This document shows positions 59,576 to 64,000 of a stretch of 64,000 nt of DNA, piece after piece. Position 1 is the stretch's first letter; each line of letters begins with the position of its first letter. The position numbers and the translations under genes are program-made. A model generated the notes under the pieces. That model saw only the letters and a list, made by a program, of their open reading frames with translations, did not search any database and had not been told where the DNA came from. The DNA is from the human T2T-CHM13v2.0 reference genome, Homo sapiens: assembly GCF_009914755.1 (NCBI RefSeq), contig NC_060931.1, one strand, 5' to 3'.

Positions 59576-61572
59576 TGATGTTTAGCTCCCTGATTGGAAA
59601 AGCTGAAAAGAGATTCCCCAAAATGACTCTGAACTTGAGGTGGGCCTTGAGGAGAAGAACAGAGAGATCTACAGACTGGAAGGAAAGGGCATAAGGTTTC
59701 TTTATCTTCCCATGTCTGGGAACATTGAAGGGAAATTACAAATAATGTATGTTAAGTACTCAGAACATAGTAAAGGCTCAAAAGATAGTAGCTTTTCTCA
59801 CGCTAGGTAATTTCAGAGCATTTTCTTTAGGTTGCTGCCTCAAAAAATCCAGGCCTCCCTGTCCCAACCATTAGTTAGGATCTAAATCATTATTTCTCCC
59901 AACTATTTTTTGTAAGTATGATGTAATATGCATTGCATCACGAGGAGGAAAAACCCACTTAAAGGTTTTAAAATAGTGTAAACTAAACATACTTTAAATT
60001 CTTCATCTGTTTAAAAAAGTGGCTATAATGAAACAATCTTGAGAAAACAATTCTTCAGTAGAAATAGCCATCTTTACTCATAGACTTATTTACTTGACAT
60101 ATTACAAATATTTGTCTTCTGATTTGGCATAATATTAGAAACATATATATGCTCTGTCTCACAACTGCACGAAAACATTGTGATTAATCTTATTTTTAAA
60201 GGCATTTCTATTCTCCCCCCTCAGGAAATTCATTATCTTCTATAACAGTCAGCCAGTATGCAAAGATTTTCCAACTAGATGAAATGTTAATCATAAATTA
60301 TGAGGGACGCTGAAGCAAGGTTCTGTCTCCAGATTGTATACATTAATTATGTGATTTTTTGGGTAAGCAATTATATCTCGATAAAACTAGAAAACAAAAA
60401 AGAATTGCCAGATATGTAAGGAACAAACAGTTTCCAAGATTTACTTTTAAATTTTTTCCTGGAAACCTCAAGATTATACAAATTCCGTTGGGTAACAGCT
60501 TTGTTGAGTAGGATTTTATCAACTGGTTGTGTAGCAGTTTAATTAAGAAAATATTTGGGGTCCAGGTTCCAAGATGGCCAAATAGGAACAGCTCCAGTCT
60601 ACAGCTCCCAGCGTGAGCAACTCAGAAAACGGGTGATTTCTGCATTTCAAACTGAGATACTGGGTTCATCTCACTGGGGATTGTCGGACAGTGGGTGCAG
60701 CGCACCAAGCGTGACCCGAAGCAGGGAGAGGCGTTGCCTCACCCGACAAGCGCAAGGGGTCAGGGAATTCCCTTTCCTAGCCAAGGGAAGGGGTAACAAA
60801 CGGCACCTGGGAAATTGGGTCACTCCCACCCTAATACTGCGCTTTTCTGACGGTTTTAGCAAACGGCACACCAGGAAATCATATCCCACGTCTGGCTCAG
60901 AGGGTCCCACGCCCACAGAGCCTCGCTTGTTGCTAGCATAGCAGTCTGAGATCAAACTTCAACGCGGCAGCGAGTCTAGGGGAGGGGCACCCGCCATTGC
61001 TAAGGCTTGAGTAGGTAAACAAAGTGGCCGGGAAGCTCAAACTGGGTGGAGCCCACCTCAGCTCAAGGAGGCCTGCCTGCCTCTGTAGACTCCACCTCTG
61101 AGGGCAAGGCATAGCCGAACAAAAGGCAGCAGAAATCTCCGCAGACTTAAATGTGCCTGTCTGACAGCTTAGAAGAGAGTAGTGGTTCTCCCAGCATGCA
61201 GCTTGAGATCTGAGAATGGACAGACTGCCTCCTCAAGTGGGTCCCTGACCCCTAAGTAGCCTAACTGGGAGGCACCCCCCAGTAGGGGCAGACTGACACC
61301 TCACACAGCCGGGTACCCCTCTGAGACGAAACTTCTAGAGGAACATTCAGGCAGCAACATCTGCTGTTTACCAATATTCGCTGTTCTGCAGCCTCCGCTG
61401 CTGATACCCAGGCAAACAGAGTCTGGAGTGGACCTCCAGCAAACTCCAACAGACCTGCAGCTGAAGGTCCTGACTGTTAGAAGGAAAACTAACAAACAGA
61501 AAGGACATCCACACCAAAACCCCATCTGCACGTCACCATCATCAAAGACCAAAGGTAGATAAAACCACAAAG

Positions 61573-62600
61573 ATGGGGAAAAAACAGAGCAGAAAAACTG
61601 AAAATTCTAAAAATCAGAGCGCCTCTCCTCCTCCAAAGGAACGCAGCTCCTCACCAGCAACGGAACAAAGCTGGACGGAGAATGACTTTGACAAGTTCAG
61701 AGAAGAAGGCTTCAGACGATCAAACTTCTCTGAGCTAAAGGATGAAGGTCGAACCCATCGCAAAGAAGTTAAAAACCTCAAAAAAAGATTAGACAAATGG
61801 CTAACCAGAATAACCAATGCAGAGAAGTCCTTAAAGGACCTGATGGAGCTGAAAACCATGGCATGAGAACCACGTGATAAATGCACAAGCTTCAGTAGCC
61901 AATTCGATCAGCTGGAAGAAAGGGTATCAGCGATGGAAGATCAAATGAATGAAATGAAGTGAGAAGAGAAGTTTAGAGAAAAAAAGAATAAAAAGAAATG
62001 AACAAAGCCTCCAAGAAATATGGGACTATGTGAAAAGACCAAATCTACGTCTGATTGGTGTACCTGAAAGTGACGGGGAGAATGGAACCAAGTTGGAAAA
62101 CACTCTACAGGATATCATCCAGGAGAATTTCCCCAACCTAGCAAGGCAGGCCAACATTCAAATTCAGGAAATACAGAGAACGCCACAAAGATACTCCTCG
62201 AGAAGAGCAACTCCAAGACACATAATACACATAATTGTCAGATTCACCAAAGTTGAAATGAAGGAAAAAATGTTAAGGGCAGCCAGAGAGAAAGGACGGG
62301 TTACCCACAAAGGGAAGCCCATCAGACTAACAGCTGATCTCTCGGCAGAAACTCTACAAGCCAGAAGAGAGTGGGAGCCAATATTCAACATTCTTAAAGA
62401 AAAGAATTTTCAACCCAGAATTTCATATCCAGCCAAACTAAGCTTCATAAGTGAAGAAGAAATAAAATCCTTTACAGACAAACAAATGCTGAGAGATTTT
62501 TGTCACCACAAGGCCTGCCCTAAAAGAGCTCCTGAAGGAAGCACTAAACATGGAAAGGAACAACCGGTACCAGCCACTGCAAAATCATGCCAAATTGTAA
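61573..62600 (+). pseudogene. L1 ORF1p remnant
   Basis: ORF1p peptides in several pieces. TGA at 61864-61866, further stop and frameshifts, 9-bp tandem duplication (acacataat x2) near 62217-62235. Confidence 0.9.
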
Positions 62601-62663
62601 AGACCATTGAGACTAGGAAGAAACTGCATCAACTAACGAGCAAAATAACCAGCCAACATCATA

Positions 62664-64000
<1,337 letters not shown>

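Overview
Primate (most likely human) genomic DNA that is almost entirely intronic. The only protein-coding segment I can support is one 109-bp exon of ELMO1 on the minus strand (37028-37136; [36 protein letters not shown]), so the whole window lies inside ELMO1 introns. The rest is typical repeat-rich intron: about ten Alus, THE1/MST/MLT solo LTRs, an LTR6-like ERV1 solo LTR, L2, MIR and MER DNA-transposon relics, a processed RPS17 pseudogene, and the 5' part of a disabled, 5'-intact L1PA running off the right edge. I see no new gene system, and nearly all short ORFs in the track are repeat-derived or chance. The most notable structures are: (1) an L1 insertion carrying a ~260-bp 3' transduction with a nested AluY, all inside one perfect 15-bp TSD; (2) a 153-bp, ~90% identical, non-Alu inverted duplication whose derived copy splits an L2; (3) a GATA-rich solo LTR with intact TATA and poly(A) signal in ELMO1-sense orientation; (4) an L1 antisense promoter/ORF0 region pointing down ELMO1. 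Repeat subfamily names come from recall of consensus sequences, not from a database search, and old-repeat boundaries are approximate.
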